Shown here: in pieces, positions 51,441 through 60,270 of the stretch | How positions within the stretch are numbered: the stretch's first letter is position 1 | Layout of the letters: every line of letters begins with the position of its first letter | Source of the DNA: a virus | Length of the DNA stretch: 60,270 nt | Virus genome (UHGV): UHGV-0335561 | Direction: 5' to 3' (one strand) | Notes under the pieces: model-generated | The model's database searches: none | What the model saw: the letters and a program-made list of their open reading frames with translations, nothing else | What the model was told of the DNA's origin: nothing | Made by a program: the position numbers and the translations under genes

Positions 51441-54187
51441 GTCAGGCCACCCCGCAGCAGGTCTGCTTTGCGGCTGGCGCGTTCAGTGGTTTCACTGATT
51501 CTCTGTGCGTGCTCTGCGTCGCGGATGGCGCGCAGCATGTCAGAAAGCACGGTAACGGGTGTTTTCATGGTGTTCTGGCCCTGCTGAAGTGTGGATGCCA
51601 GGCGTGCGGCGGCTTCAGGGTCTGATGCCCCCAGCTGTGCCAGATAGCTGGCGACCGGGTTATGGCGGATCTCCGTGCTGCTTACGCCATGATTACGGCT
51701 CAGGCGCTGCCAGAGCTGCGTGATTCGGCTGTCCGGGCGGGTATCCGGTTTGCGTACAATTTCAAATCCCTGCGGTGCAATGATGCTGCCGTCAACGTAC
51801 AGACTGCCGCCCCGTAACAGGTGCTGCATCTGTTGTTCACCGATATGCAGGCCGAGAGATTCAGCAGACTCCCGCCATTCTTTAGCGAGTAATTCGTGGT
51901 TATCAGGCAAAGGCCGCTGCTGTTTGCGGCTCTGTGTCCAGCTCTGCATTTCATCGCTGCTGTTTTTTGCCTGTTTGTCACGAAGCGAACGCATCAGCGC
52001 CCGGCGTTCGTGTCGTTTCAGTGAGCGCATCCATTCGTTCACTTCAACGCCGTCAGGGAGCTGCGGCCACGGTGCTGGCCGTTCTTCCGGCTGTTCTGTC
52101 CCGTTGTTGTCCGTTTCCTGTACACGGGGACAGTTATTGCCACGAGTCCAAGGGGCGGCAGGGCCGCCCTGAAGGTCAAAACCATTTTCGCGGGCGCTGT
52201 CTTCCGCTTCCGGTTTACGTCTTACCAGCTTCCAGTTATCCGGATGCGTGCACACACGGGAGGATTCCCCGATGAGTGGTGACCAGATCCCGTAAATCTG
52301 TACGCTCTGTTCGCCGTAATCGTTCAGCTCATCTGCGAGGTCGTAGGCGGTGCGAATCAGGTAGTCCTTGCGTGGAACAAGCACGCCACCCTGTTTTTCA
52401 ATGTAGGTGGCAAAACACCCGGCATCGGCGGCAGCGAGTACCGCATCCATTGCATCATCTTTCAGCCGTTGCGGGCCTTCCGGATTGCGTGCCATCTGGC
52501 TGGCAAGGCGGCGCAGTTCACGCCACACCTGACGGGAGGGGATGCCAAAGAACTGGAACTGACGGACCCGGTGAAGGCGCGCCCAGCCGATGGCGCGCTC
52601 CACGCTCTCGGCCATTGATTTTCCGGTTTCGTGGTCCACGCGTGGCTTGCCCGTTTTCGGGTCGATGCCATCCACGGCGCGGCTGTCCAGGTTCTTTCCG
52701 ATGTAGGTGGCGATGTAGCTGGTTGGCGTGCCTTTTGAGCCGTCGACATACTCCACCTTAAAGCGCGGAGTAATATCATTGCCCAGCTCGTGGCGGTCTT
52801 CCTGAATGGCAATATCGCGGGTATGGGACACAATGGTGTCGATTTCTTCCGGATGTGCAAAGACCATCATATGCCAGTGCACGGTGCCGTCATGATGAGG
52901 CTCCACCGTGCGGATGCCATACCAGCGCAGGCCGTCGCGGTTCAGTTTTTTGCGGACCGCCGCAAAAAACGTGTTAACCAGGTAATCGCTGGAGTCGCGC
53001 ATTGTGGCCCCGTTCCATTTGGGATTCGGATGACCGTTCTCCGTTGTGGCGTGGTATTTTGACGGGCAGGTGACAGTCAGAAACACCGCTTTGTCGCCAC
53101 GGGCTTCGGCCAGAAGTTCCAGTCCCTTCATGGTGGCCATCATTTCTGCCTTACGGTGAACCGGGTTACTTACTCCCGCGTAATACACTGTCTCGAGATC
53201 AATCGTGAACCCGTCTTCATTTTCCAGCATGAAACTTTTCAGGAAATCGCGTGTTTTCTCGCGCTGTGCGCGAAACTCGCTTAACGCGTCCTGGCTCAGA
53301 TAGGGTGATGTTTTTCTGGAAACCAGACAGGCGGCGCGGAGTTGTTCTTCTCTCCACTCGCAACGTAACAGCCACAGTTTGCGTTTCCACCATTCCGCAC
53401 AGGTCAGGCGAAGGATTGCGCCCGGCAGCAGCTCCGTGTCCGGTTCGTTCCTCCGGTCTTTGTCTGTTGTCAGTGCGTCATAATGTGGAGGCATGGCGTG
53501 CAGGTGTAACGCCATGCGGGCCAGCATCTGATACGCCTTCAGGGTTACATCCATGGTCAGCTCGCCATCGGTCGCGCCAAAGCCATCGCAGAGTTTTTCG
53601 AAGGTGCTGCTGAACATCGCCGCCGTCATGGTGGCCAGCGTCTGTATCTGGTGTTTGTTGAGCTGCGGCAGGTAAAGCAAATCGTCCAGGCGTTCGCGTC
53701 CGGCAAGGGAGCGATAACCCGGTGTCAGCCAGCGTCCGTCAGTGCTATCCAGACGTTCGAATATTTTGCGCAGGGTTCCGCGTGCATAGCGTTCCGCCTG
53801 CCAGCTCTTTTTGCCTTTCCGGCGATCGGCTTCCTGTTTTTTGCGCAGGAAGGAGAGGTGGCGAATAAGCGGATCGCGCAGATAGGACGGCAGCAGGCGC
53901 AGCGAGGCCATGGCTTCATCCACCGCGCCACGTGCCTGTTTTCTGGCGTCTCCTGCCAGTGTGATGGTTTTGTCCTGTTTTTCCTGTGCGTCCAGGCTTT
54001 TATTAATCAGGTTGCCCAGCGGCGTGGCTGAGAACGCCGCATCAGCCATTTCCTGGCGGCGCTCGTTCTCTGCCCGGTAGGCATCCAGCCAGGAGGAAAG
54101 CGCGGATTCAGGAGCGGGGATCCCCGTTCCTTCACGCCCCACTGCGTGGCGCGGTTGTTGCCAGTCCCTGAGGTACTCTGCCGTCAT
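51365..54187 (-). CDS. A: replication initiation endonuclease (P2 gpA-family rolling-circle initiator)
   Basis: 940 aa; P2/186 A-like domains; position in the early operon. Confidence 0.85.
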   Translation of the reverse strand: MTAEYLRDWQQPRHAVGREGTGIPAPESALSSWLDAYRAENERRQEMADAAFSATPLGNLINKSLDAQEKQDKTITLAGDARKQARGAVDEAMASLRLLPSYLRDPLIRHLSFLRKKQEADRRKGKKSWQAERYARGTLRKIFERLDSTDGRWLTPGYRSLAGRERLDDLLYLPQLNKHQIQTLATMTAAMFSSTFEKLCDGFGATDGELTMDVTLKAYQMLARMALHLHAMPPHYDALTTDKDRRNEPDTELLPGAILRLTCAEWWKRKLWLLRCEWREEQLRAACLVSRKTSPYLSQDALSEFRAQREKTRDFLKSFMLENEDGFTIDLETVYYAGVSNPVHRKAEMMATMKGLELLAEARGDKAVFLTVTCPSKYHATTENGHPNPKWNGATMRDSSDYLVNTFFAAVRKKLNRDGLRWYGIRTVEPHHDGTVHWHMMVFAHPEEIDTIVSHTRDIAIQEDRHELGNDITPRFKVEYVDGSKGTPTSYIATYIGKNLDSRAVDGIDPKTGKPRVDHETGKSMAESVERAIGWARLHRVRQFQFFGIPSRQVWRELRRLASQMARNPEGPQRLKDDAMDAVLAAADAGCFATYIEKQGGVLVPRKDYLIRTAYDLADELNDYGEQSVQIYGIWSPLIGESSRVCTHPDNWKLVRRKPEAEDSARENGFDLQGGPAAPWTRGNNCPRVQETDNNGTEQPEERPAPWPQLPDGVEVNEWMRSLKRHERRALMRSLRDKQAKNSSDEMQSWTQSRKQQRPLPDNHELLAKEWRESAESLGLHIGEQQMQHLLRGGSLYVDGSIIAPQGFEIVRKPDTRPDSRITQLWQRLSRNHGVSSTEIRHNPVASYLAQLGASDPEAAARLASTLQQGQNTMKTPVTVLSDMLRAIRDAEHAQRISETTERASRKADLLRGGLTSGNKKQTETGLTNPVNEQKTRSDI

Positions 54188-54193
54188 AGTGAT

Positions 54194-54559
54194 TTACTTC
54201 GTCATGCCATTCAGGGTGTCGCGGCAGACTGTAGCCAGCCGCTGAATTTCCAGCACGGTGTCTTCTGTGTCGGCATGGCGATGTGTGATGCGGATGCTGT
54301 CGGCAATCACATCGACGATTGCAGAGGATGGGCGCTGGTAAATGCCAATAACGGACGGGGTGCCACCTTCAATGCGGTAAAGCCTGTAATTTCCCTCGTG
54401 GCTGTCAATCATGTAGCGACCATCAATAACAATCTTTCCGTCAGCGAGCTGCGGTACAGGCAGGGATTTCAGGTACATGTCATAACGATCACGCACGCGA
54501 GCGGCAAGATCACGTTCTGTATTGAGCAGGTATTCAAGAAAGTCGTTGGCGAGAATCAT
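54194..54559 (-). CDS. hypothetical early-operon protein (121 aa)
   Basis: Immediately upstream of A, same strand. Confidence 0.55.
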   Translation of the reverse strand: MILANDFLEYLLNTERDLAARVRDRYDMYLKSLPVPQLADGKIVIDGRYMIDSHEGNYRLYRIEGGTPSVIGIYQRPSSAIVDVIADSIRITHRHADTEDTVLEIQRLATVCRDTLNGMTK

Positions 54560-54631
54560 TGCGGCAATCCTCTTGTTACAGATGTGCGAAGGCCTCCCGC
54601 CGCAAGGTGCAGGAAAGGCCCGGAACAGGAA

Positions 54632-54862
54632 TTAATGGAGTTTGTTTTGCTGCTGGATGAGCTGTTGAAGCTCGTGCAGATCATCCGCCAGATAGCTGAA
54701 AACAGAGGCGGAATAAATGTTTGATAGTGCGTGGCTGCGCTCATGCAGCATATTGATGTGCATGATTTGCGCGACGCGTGATGCGCGGGAAAGTCTGCGG
54801 TTGATTTCAGTCTGGATGTGACGACGCTCCGCGATAGCGCGGTGCTGTTTGCGGTTTGCCAT
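54632..54862 (-). CDS. hypothetical early-operon protein (76 aa)
   Basis: Same-strand small ORF with basic N-terminus. Confidence 0.45.
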   Translation of the reverse strand: MANRKQHRAIAERRHIQTEINRRLSRASRVAQIMHINMLHERSHALSNIYSASVFSYLADDLHELQQLIQQQNKLH

Positions 54863-55184
54863 GGTGTGGCCCCTTGTGTAGTAAGTTGTGAAAACTCACC
54901 ATCCAGAGCTGCGAAACTGTGGGTGGCGAGACGTACGAGGTTCGCAGTACCGGCTACACAAGAACCCGGCCCGACCGAAGTCGGCCCCGTACGCCCCGCC
55001 ATAATTCTGACGCGAAAAAAACGTGGCAATACAGTACGCACAAAAAAACCGCTGGCGCGGTTGTGCGCTTGTGTAGTCAGCAGGCTGCGAAACCCGGCAC
55101 CCGTTTTATGAGGTGCAGCGGAAATGTAACCTGACTGATTGCGGCATGGCAAGCGGTTTTTTTGTGTGTGCATGCTCTGGTTTC

Positions 55185-55484
55185 TTACTGGTTCAGAAAA
55201 AAATCAAAAACCTTGTCAATACGTTGCAGCAGCTCTTGCTGTATTGCTTCCGGCGTTTCCGGTTCGCCTGGCACCTCCAATGTCGCGCAGAAATCAGCGA
55301 TTTCATGATGGAGCGTCAGGCGAATGGCAGGAGCCGTGGTTCTGGCGTGCTCCAGCTCATCCAGCAATGCCAGCGCAGCAGACGGCGAGAGCATTGCGCG
55401 AAATGCCAGTAATTTTTGAGGTGTTGCCATTCGTTGCAGGGCAAATGCCAGTTCGCGTAGCTTCTGGTGGTTGATGGTGCTCAT
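55185..55484 (-). CDS. hypothetical early-operon protein (99 aa)
   Basis: Start overlaps upstream stop. Confidence 0.5.
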   Translation of the reverse strand: MSTINHQKLRELAFALQRMATPQKLLAFRAMLSPSAALALLDELEHARTTAPAIRLTLHHEIADFCATLEVPGEPETPEAIQQELLQRIDKVFDFFLNQ

Positions 55485-55747
55485 GTTCTGGCTTCCTTCA
55501 GTAGCTGGTTAAACATGTGAGTAAGTGGATTGCTACACCCGAACGGCATCGGGTTTACGTGGTAAGAAGCCTGGCCTCCAGTTTTGCGAGCGCGACCACC
55601 TGTGCTGCGGTTTGTTCTGATGACTAAGCCGCCGCGCCAAAGTTGGCGTAACTCAGCATTAATGGCTGTGGTTGGAGTATTCAGTGCTGCGGCGATCTCT
55701 CCGCCGCTACACCCCGGATGAGTAGCGATGTAGTCCAGAATGGTCAT
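55481..55747 (-). CDS. putative winged-helix DNA-binding protein (88 aa)
   Basis: MTILDYIATHPGCSGGEIAAALNTPTTAINAELRQLWRGGLV... Confidence 0.55.
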   Translation of the reverse strand: MTILDYIATHPGCSGGEIAAALNTPTTAINAELRQLWRGGLVIRTNRSTGGRARKTGGQASYHVNPMPFGCSNPLTHMFNQLLKEART

Positions 55748-55947
55748 CTGCGTGGCTCCTGTACCTGTCGGATAAGGTTTACCCGCGCCACATTAGTGGC
55801 GCAGAAGTAAGTGCCGTCAGTGAGGTAGATGTGGTGTGCATCCTTTTCCGAACGATGTTTGTCGATAGTGGTAATCAGGCGTTCGTCGACCTCGTATTCG
55901 CGCCCTCTGGAGGTAAAGCGAACGACGGGAAAATGCTTAATTGCCAT
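55744..55947 (-). CDS. hypothetical early-operon protein (67 aa)
   Basis: 4-bp overlap coupling with neighbours. Confidence 0.45.
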   Translation of the reverse strand: MAIKHFPVVRFTSRGREYEVDERLITTIDKHRSEKDAHHIYLTDGTYFCATNVARVNLIRQVQEPRR

Positions 55948-55970
55948 TGCGCCCCCTTTGTCCAGTAACT

Positions 55971-56381
55971 CTATGCGTTAAATACGGTGCACTGTGCGTC
56001 ATCAATGAATGCGACTTGAGAGCGCTCTATCAGGCGGAGATTTGTCAGAATTTCTGATTCCCTTATGGGGTGAGGAGTGATCAGGTATTTATCCTGTAAC
56101 CCGGCGATAATGGTGTATCGCTGTAGCTCCGAGCCAATTGTGTAAATAAGGCGTCCGGTGTTAGACAAATCCAGTCCGGTGACTGGTTGTGTTCTGAGAA
56201 CCGCCAGTTCAGCATCCTGTTTTGCGATAATTTCGGCTGCTTCTGCCGTGACTCTTGCGACTATCAGTGTGTGGGTTGCGACGTCCATATGATTATTTGC
56301 TATGGCTTTTTTCGCTACTTCGTTTTCTGTCTTTGAAATTTCTTTCAGTGCTCTGATGATACCTTCTTCTTTTGCGTGCAT
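55971..56381 (-). CDS. hypothetical early-operon protein (136 aa)
   Basis: Same-strand ORF in the early operon. Confidence 0.5.
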   Translation of the reverse strand: MHAKEEGIIRALKEISKTENEVAKKAIANNHMDVATHTLIVARVTAEAAEIIAKQDAELAVLRTQPVTGLDLSNTGRLIYTIGSELQRYTIIAGLQDKYLITPHPIRESEILTNLRLIERSQVAFIDDAQCTVFNA

Positions 56382-56479
56382 TTTTGTATCTCCGTTATTT
56401 GCGTGTGCGAATACCTCCGTTAATACGGATGGTTTTCACGTTTTCTTATTTAATTTGATGTTTTATTTGTATCGTTATT

Positions 56480-56578
56480 CACCAGTGAAAAAACGTTCAA
56501 TCTTTTTTACTGAATGAATAATTCGCACAATGCCAATTGCGCAGACCACTGAAATAATCAGAACAATCCATGACATAA
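56480..56578 (-). CDS. small hydrophobic peptide (32 aa), possible membrane-active peptide
   Basis: MSWIVLIISVVCAIGIVRIIHSVKKIERFFTGE directly after the upstream gene stop; not in the ORF track (under 60 aa). Confidence 0.35.
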
Positions 56579-56584
56579 ATATAC

Positions 56585-56827
56585 TCATGCGATATTCCCC
56601 AGCTTATACGGTTCAATATGTTCCCCGCATTCTGCGGCACAGATCAGCTCGGAAAGTTCGTTAAGTGCATCCAGATCATCAGCGTAAAAAGCCACGTCAT
56701 ACAGACTCCGGATTGCCCTGGTCAATGAGTCACGGGCTGCACGTTCAGCATGAGCGCCTGATGCACTTAAGCGAAAATAAAAACGCTCAAGTGCTTTGTT
56801 AATGAGAGTTTTATATTCTTTGCCCAT
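56585..56827 (-). CDS. hypothetical early-operon protein (80 aa)
   Basis: Internal Met start MGKEYKTLINKALERF... Confidence 0.45.
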   Translation of the reverse strand: MGKEYKTLINKALERFYFRLSASGAHAERAARDSLTRAIRSLYDVAFYADDLDALNELSELICAAECGEHIEPYKLGNIA

Positions 56828-56838
56828 CGCAACGCCCT

Positions 56839-57117
56839 TTAATCTGCTTTCTGAATTTCTGCTTCTGAATCCATACAAATAATTTCGATATAGGGTTCAT
56901 CGCCATTAGTCTTACGTGCTTTTTCCGCTTCGCTAATGATTTCGTGTACAGTCTGGTACGGAAGTTCTACGGTCAGGCGCGTGCCGTTCAGATAAACGTA
57001 AGTAGCTGCATTTTTTTCGGATGGAACAACTCCGTCAATGGCTGATGCGCGTAATAACAGTTCACCGCGAAAATCAATAAAACGGATAAATACACCTTGT
57101 GCATGCTCTTTGGTCAT
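56839..57117 (-). CDS. hypothetical early-operon protein (92 aa)
   Basis: MTKEHAQGVFIRFIDFRGELLL... Confidence 0.45.
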   Translation of the reverse strand: MTKEHAQGVFIRFIDFRGELLLRASAIDGVVPSEKNAATYVYLNGTRLTVELPYQTVHEIISEAEKARKTNGDEPYIEIICMDSEAEIQKAD

Positions 57118-57127
57118 AAAGCACCTG

Positions 57128-57478
57128 TTATAAATCAGCCTGTTTAATAAAACTTTGCCCGTGAAGCAGACGATCAACCGTGCGAAGTGCTTCGTATAAT
57201 GTGAAATCCTGCCCGAACTGATTGTCGCCGTTGCTCAGTGCAAAAATGCGGTTTCCGGTAAATGGGTTGCGCTGGCATCTGTGAACCACGATTCCTGCTT
57301 TTTCAATCAGCCAAGTGTGTTCACCAATTTGTTTTACTGGGTAGCCATCCGGCGTTGCGTGTGTTTCGCTCAGGCTGTAGCGAGAGTTGCTACGTGATGC
57401 ACTGGTAGCGAAACGGTTAGCATGGCGTTCCGCACCGTTGCGGAAGCGCTGCTGTGAAGAATTGCGCTGTAGTTTCAT
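57128..57478 (-). CDS. hypothetical early-operon protein (116 aa)
   Basis: Same-strand ORF. Confidence 0.45.
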   Translation of the reverse strand: MKLQRNSSQQRFRNGAERHANRFATSASRSNSRYSLSETHATPDGYPVKQIGEHTWLIEKAGIVVHRCQRNPFTGNRIFALSNGDNQFGQDFTLYEALRTVDRLLHGQSFIKQADL

Positions 57479-57615
57479 ATTAAAACTCTGTACCTTCGGT
57501 AAGGTGTACTCGTGTCACCTTGTATTGATTTGTGGTATTTTTTTTGTGTGTCTAGGACTTGGACTGGCCGGTTCAGGTCCTGGCTTATGTTTAATTAAAT
57601 TGTTAAGAGGTTTTC

Positions 57616-57807
57616 ATGTCAGAAGATAAAAAAGTTGTTAATTTGTTGAGTGAACTTAGTGCTGCTCTGGATAACATTAACCCTCCCAGGGTAAAAACGA
57701 CGGGTGATAAAGACGCATTAAACACAGAGATTCATATATTACTGGCGTTAGTAACTGACAAAATTCAGCGTAAATACCCACCTGTCACACAACTGGTTGA
57801 TTTTTAA
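57616..57807 (+). CDS. hypothetical 63-aa protein, opposite orientation within the early region
   Basis: AAGAGG RBS 7 nt upstream of ATG; convergent with the 140-aa gene. Confidence 0.5.
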   Translation: MSEDKKVVNLLSELSAALDNINPPRVKTTGDKDALNTEIHILLALVTDKIQRKYPPVTQLVDF

Positions 57808-57813
57808 TTTGAT

Positions 57814-58236
57814 TTATGCCGGGCTGCTCCCGGCATCTTCTAGCTGCCATAATGTCTCGTCACCTGATAGAGCAAAACGAAATGAGTGAAGTATATCCCC
57901 CCGAGAGAAGCTCACGGCTACAGCTGCGGGAAAGTCAAATATAATCCCACCTTCATTTTTAAAACGATTACGCAATTGATAGGCTATCGGTTTGATTTGT
58001 GCAGGAAGAGTATCTATATCTCTTCCATTGACAACAGAATCTTTGTTTTCAAGTACTGATTTAGCGATTAGATATAGATGCCAGTAACTGGTTACAATTG
58101 TTACTCCTGTGATGTGTCGTAAATTAATTGCAATTCGTCCGTTATTATGTTTTTCCGCAAGGTATTTCAGGTTATCAATTAATGCTTGGTCATTTTTTGA
58201 AATAGTTATTGTGAAATCTGACGTGTTTGTTTTCAT
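57814..58236 (-). CDS. hypothetical 140-aa protein, relatively AT-rich
   Basis: Internal Met start just after the upstream stop; track ORF 57814-58479 extends into the upstream gene. Confidence 0.5.
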   Translation of the reverse strand: MKTNTSDFTITISKNDQALIDNLKYLAEKHNNGRIAINLRHITGVTIVTSYWHLYLIAKSVLENKDSVVNGRDIDTLPAQIKPIAYQLRNRFKNEGGIIFDFPAAVAVSFSRGDILHSFRFALSGDETLWQLEDAGSSPA

Positions 58237-58240
58237 ACGA

Positions 58241-58762
58241 TTAGTTGCCTCTGTTGTTTCTGAGTTGGTCCAGTTTTGAGCTTCTGCCTGTATAAACTCG
58301 CTTACCGTTAATGGTCTGGCAGTCTTCTTTATTAGCTGGAGAGAACTTCCTTTTCTGGCGGTCATACGTCCAGTAACTTTTCCAGTTGTGCCATTCTGGG
58401 GGCTCGTGCTCTGGTAGCTCATCAGCCAACTTGTCCCACTCTTTGGCGTTAAACCACCATACTCCGTCTGAGTTTTCATCTTCCGGGTTTGTGCGCGTCT
58501 TGTGTCCCGGCATTTGACCGCGATGAATGGCTACGCGCAGTGCAGATTTTGTTAGCCCAATATATGCCGCGCCTTTTTCCAGAGAGCAAAGCCCGGCGAT
58601 CGGACCATCCAGCCGCAAAGTCGCTCCTTTTTTGTAGGAACGCTTTTTCTTGTTTTCTTCGTGCTCGTCGTCGTTGGCGGCATCAATGGATCCGCTGAGT
58701 GCGTCACTTTCCTGAAGTGGTTGGTGGTCAGATAACTCTTTATCGGCAATGAAGTCCCGCAT
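58241..58762 (-). CDS. first early-operon gene: AlpA/Cox/Apl-like HTH regulator (putative excisionase/early regulator) with acidic N-terminus
   Basis: 173 aa; LRLDGPIAGLCSLEKGAAYIGLTKSALRVAIHRGQMPGHK HTH; divergent from the repressor gene. Confidence 0.6.
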   Translation of the reverse strand: MRDFIADKELSDHQPLQESDALSGSIDAANDDEHEENKKKRSYKKGATLRLDGPIAGLCSLEKGAAYIGLTKSALRVAIHRGQMPGHKTRTNPEDENSDGVWWFNAKEWDKLADELPEHEPPEWHNWKSYWTYDRQKRKFSPANKEDCQTINGKRVYTGRSSKLDQLRNNRGN

Positions 58763-58822
58763 TTGTTATCCTCTTGCGTTGGTGCGCTTGTCGCGCCTTG
58801 TGATGGTTTGTTTTGGCTTGTA

Positions 58823-58880
58823 AAGATAACCAAAAGGTTATCTTTGTGCGAGAGGTTAATACTCAAATGGTTATCTTGTC
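58823..58880. promoter_or_regulatory. operator region between divergent repressor and early operon: perfect palindrome AAAGATAACC-aaaa-GGTTATCTTT plus a third GGTTATCTT half-site
   Basis: Seen directly in the sequence between the two divergent start codons. Confidence 0.6.
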
Positions 58881-59208
58881 AATAGACTACGCAAAAAAGT
58901 TACGTCAGATACGTAAGGCGGAAGGGTTAACACAAAAGCAGTTTGCGGATATTACTGGGTTGTCTTTGGCAACCATAAGGAATTACGAATCGGGGCAAAA
59001 GAACGCTAGAGCAAAAATCGTTGAGGCGGTTCTGCAAGTCGATCGCTTTGAAAAATACATGCTGTGGCTAATAAAAGATAAGACGCTACCTGTCGCCGGG
59101 CAGATTGCTCCGGCTCTCTCTCTTGATGGATCTATTCAGTCGGAGGGCGATCAGGTTTCAATCGGTATTACCCAAAAATCACCCCGATCAGGCCGCAATG
59201 TTGGCTGA
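58867..59208 (+). CDS. immunity repressor (HTH-XRE family, P2 C / 186 cI-like)
   Basis: LSIDYAKKLRQIRKAEGLTQKQFADITGLSLATIRNYESGQ HTH; upstream of int, same strand. Confidence 0.8.
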   Translation: MVILSIDYAKKLRQIRKAEGLTQKQFADITGLSLATIRNYESGQKNARAKIVEAVLQVDRFEKYMLWLIKDKTLPVAGQIAPALSLDGSIQSEGDQVSIGITQKSPRSGRNVG

Positions 59209-59277
59209 CTCTACACATTGAGCGAATTACATATCGCAAGGAGTGTTTAGTTAATTTATCCGTTGGAGGGGCTAATC

Positions 59278-60270
59278 ATGTCGATTAAGCAACTCAAAGA
59301 CGGACGTTATCAGGTCGATGTCAGACCGCAGGGGGCGGAAGGAAAGCGGATTCGAAAAATCTTTGCCCTGAAATCAAAGGCTCAGGAGTTTGAGAAGTAT
59401 GTGTTACAGAACTTTCATGACAAGCCATGGCAGGCTAAGCCAGCTGATCAGCGGCGATTATCAGAGCTGCTTGATGCGTGGTGGATGCTTGATGGGCGTA
59501 ATCAGGCTTACGGGGATAGCTACAGGGTTAGGCTAGGGAAGGTTGTTCGTGAAATGGGAGATCCTCGCGCCAGTCAGATGACGCGAAAATTTATGCTTGA
59601 ATATCGGTCAGAGAAATTACAGGCCGGATTAATGCCGTCCAGTATTAATCGTGACTTATGCGTACTGTCTACCATGTTCACGGTGCTGATTGAAGCTGAG
59701 GTCTTTCACAACGCGAACCCTGTACGCGGTATACGAAAACTGAAAGTTCAGAACACAGAGATGGCCTTTCTTTCTGATGATGAGATTGAACGGCTTCTTG
59801 AGCGACTGGAGGGTGATGTGCGTCGTGTTGCCATTCTGTGTCTTTCTACTGGTGCCCGATGGAGTGAAGCATCGGAACTACGTGGAGAGCATATCGTTGG
59901 CAACCGGGTGACGTTCTTTAACACCAAAAACGGAAAATCCCGTTCGGTTCCTGTGGCGGATTCGGTCGTGCCTCTGATTAAAACCCGTCGAACGGGGTTA
60001 TTGTATCAGGTTGATTATCTGAAGTTCCGGGAGATTCTTCAGGAGGTGAAACCGGATTTGCCGAAGGGGCAGGCTACGCATGTCATGCGTCATACATTTG
60101 CCACACACTTTATGATGAATGGCGGAAATATTGTTACGTTGCAACGAATCCTGGGGCACGCAACGATTCAGCAAACAATGACGTACGCTCATTTTTCGCC
60201 GGACTTTTTACTGGACGCGATCAACTTTAATCCGCTGGCTGAAAGTGTCCATAAACTGTCCATCGATTAG
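59278..60270 (+). CDS. int: tyrosine integrase (P2-type)
   Basis: 330 aa; R...HxxR...Y catalytic signature (ATHVMRHTFATHF...TMTYAHF); GGAGGGG RBS; stop at window end. Confidence 0.9.
   Translation: MSIKQLKDGRYQVDVRPQGAEGKRIRKIFALKSKAQEFEKYVLQNFHDKPWQAKPADQRRLSELLDAWWMLDGRNQAYGDSYRVRLGKVVREMGDPRASQMTRKFMLEYRSEKLQAGLMPSSINRDLCVLSTMFTVLIEAEVFHNANPVRGIRKLKVQNTEMAFLSDDEIERLLERLEGDVRRVAILCLSTGARWSEASELRGEHIVGNRVTFFNTKNGKSRSVPVADSVVPLIKTRRTGLLYQVDYLKFREILQEVKPDLPKGQATHVMRHTFATHFMMNGGNIVTLQRILGHATIQQTMTYAHFSPDFLLDAINFNPLAESVHKLSID

Larger units (their letters stand above)
39529..60270. mobile_element. P2/186-like prophage segment (lysis, head, terminase/portal, cargo locus, replication, early operon, repressor, integrase); tail genes absent
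   Basis: P2 gene order lysC-lysB-K-Y-X-L-M-N-O / P-Q / cargo / A / early genes / C / int. Confidence 0.85.

Overview
The window is a gene-dense mosaic of three phage-derived segments from an Enterobacteriaceae (E. coli-like) chromosome; I found no rRNA, tRNA, CRISPR or IS/transposase genes. (1) 1-15795, + strand: a near-canonical lambda morphogenesis block, A (3' fragment, internally rearranged), W, B, C/Nu3, D, E, FI, FII, Z, U, V, G-T, H, M, L, K, I, and a J gene cut off at about residue 890. (2) 15796-39532, - strand: a second lambdoid late region with nanS-p, pinholin, SAR endolysin, Rz/Rz1, HNH, TerS, TerL, an HK97-type head, a tail module (V-like, G/GT, H, M, L, K, I) and a second truncated J that abuts the first tail-to-tail. 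(3) 39529-60270: a P2/186-like prophage segment with its own lysis cassette, head genes X L M N O, terminase P, portal Q, replication gene A, a long early operon, repressor and integrase, but no tail genes. The best candidate for an undescribed system is the cargo locus between portal Q and replication gene A (about 47.3-51.4 kb), the slot where P2 carries old/tin. It holds an AT-rich two-gene membrane-protein cassette with its own promoter, leader peptide and terminator, an orphan 174-aa gene, and a complete ParM/ParR partition cassette. Other points worth a second look are the abnormal junctions (inverted block in A, the J/J palindrome, P2 lysis fused to nanS), small convergent gene pairs inside both lysis cassettes and the P2 early operon, and a promoter-to-terminator small-RNA candidate between I and J. 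Everything is read by eye from the sequence and ORF track; coordinates of non-coding features are approximate (a few bp), and no database search or computation was run.
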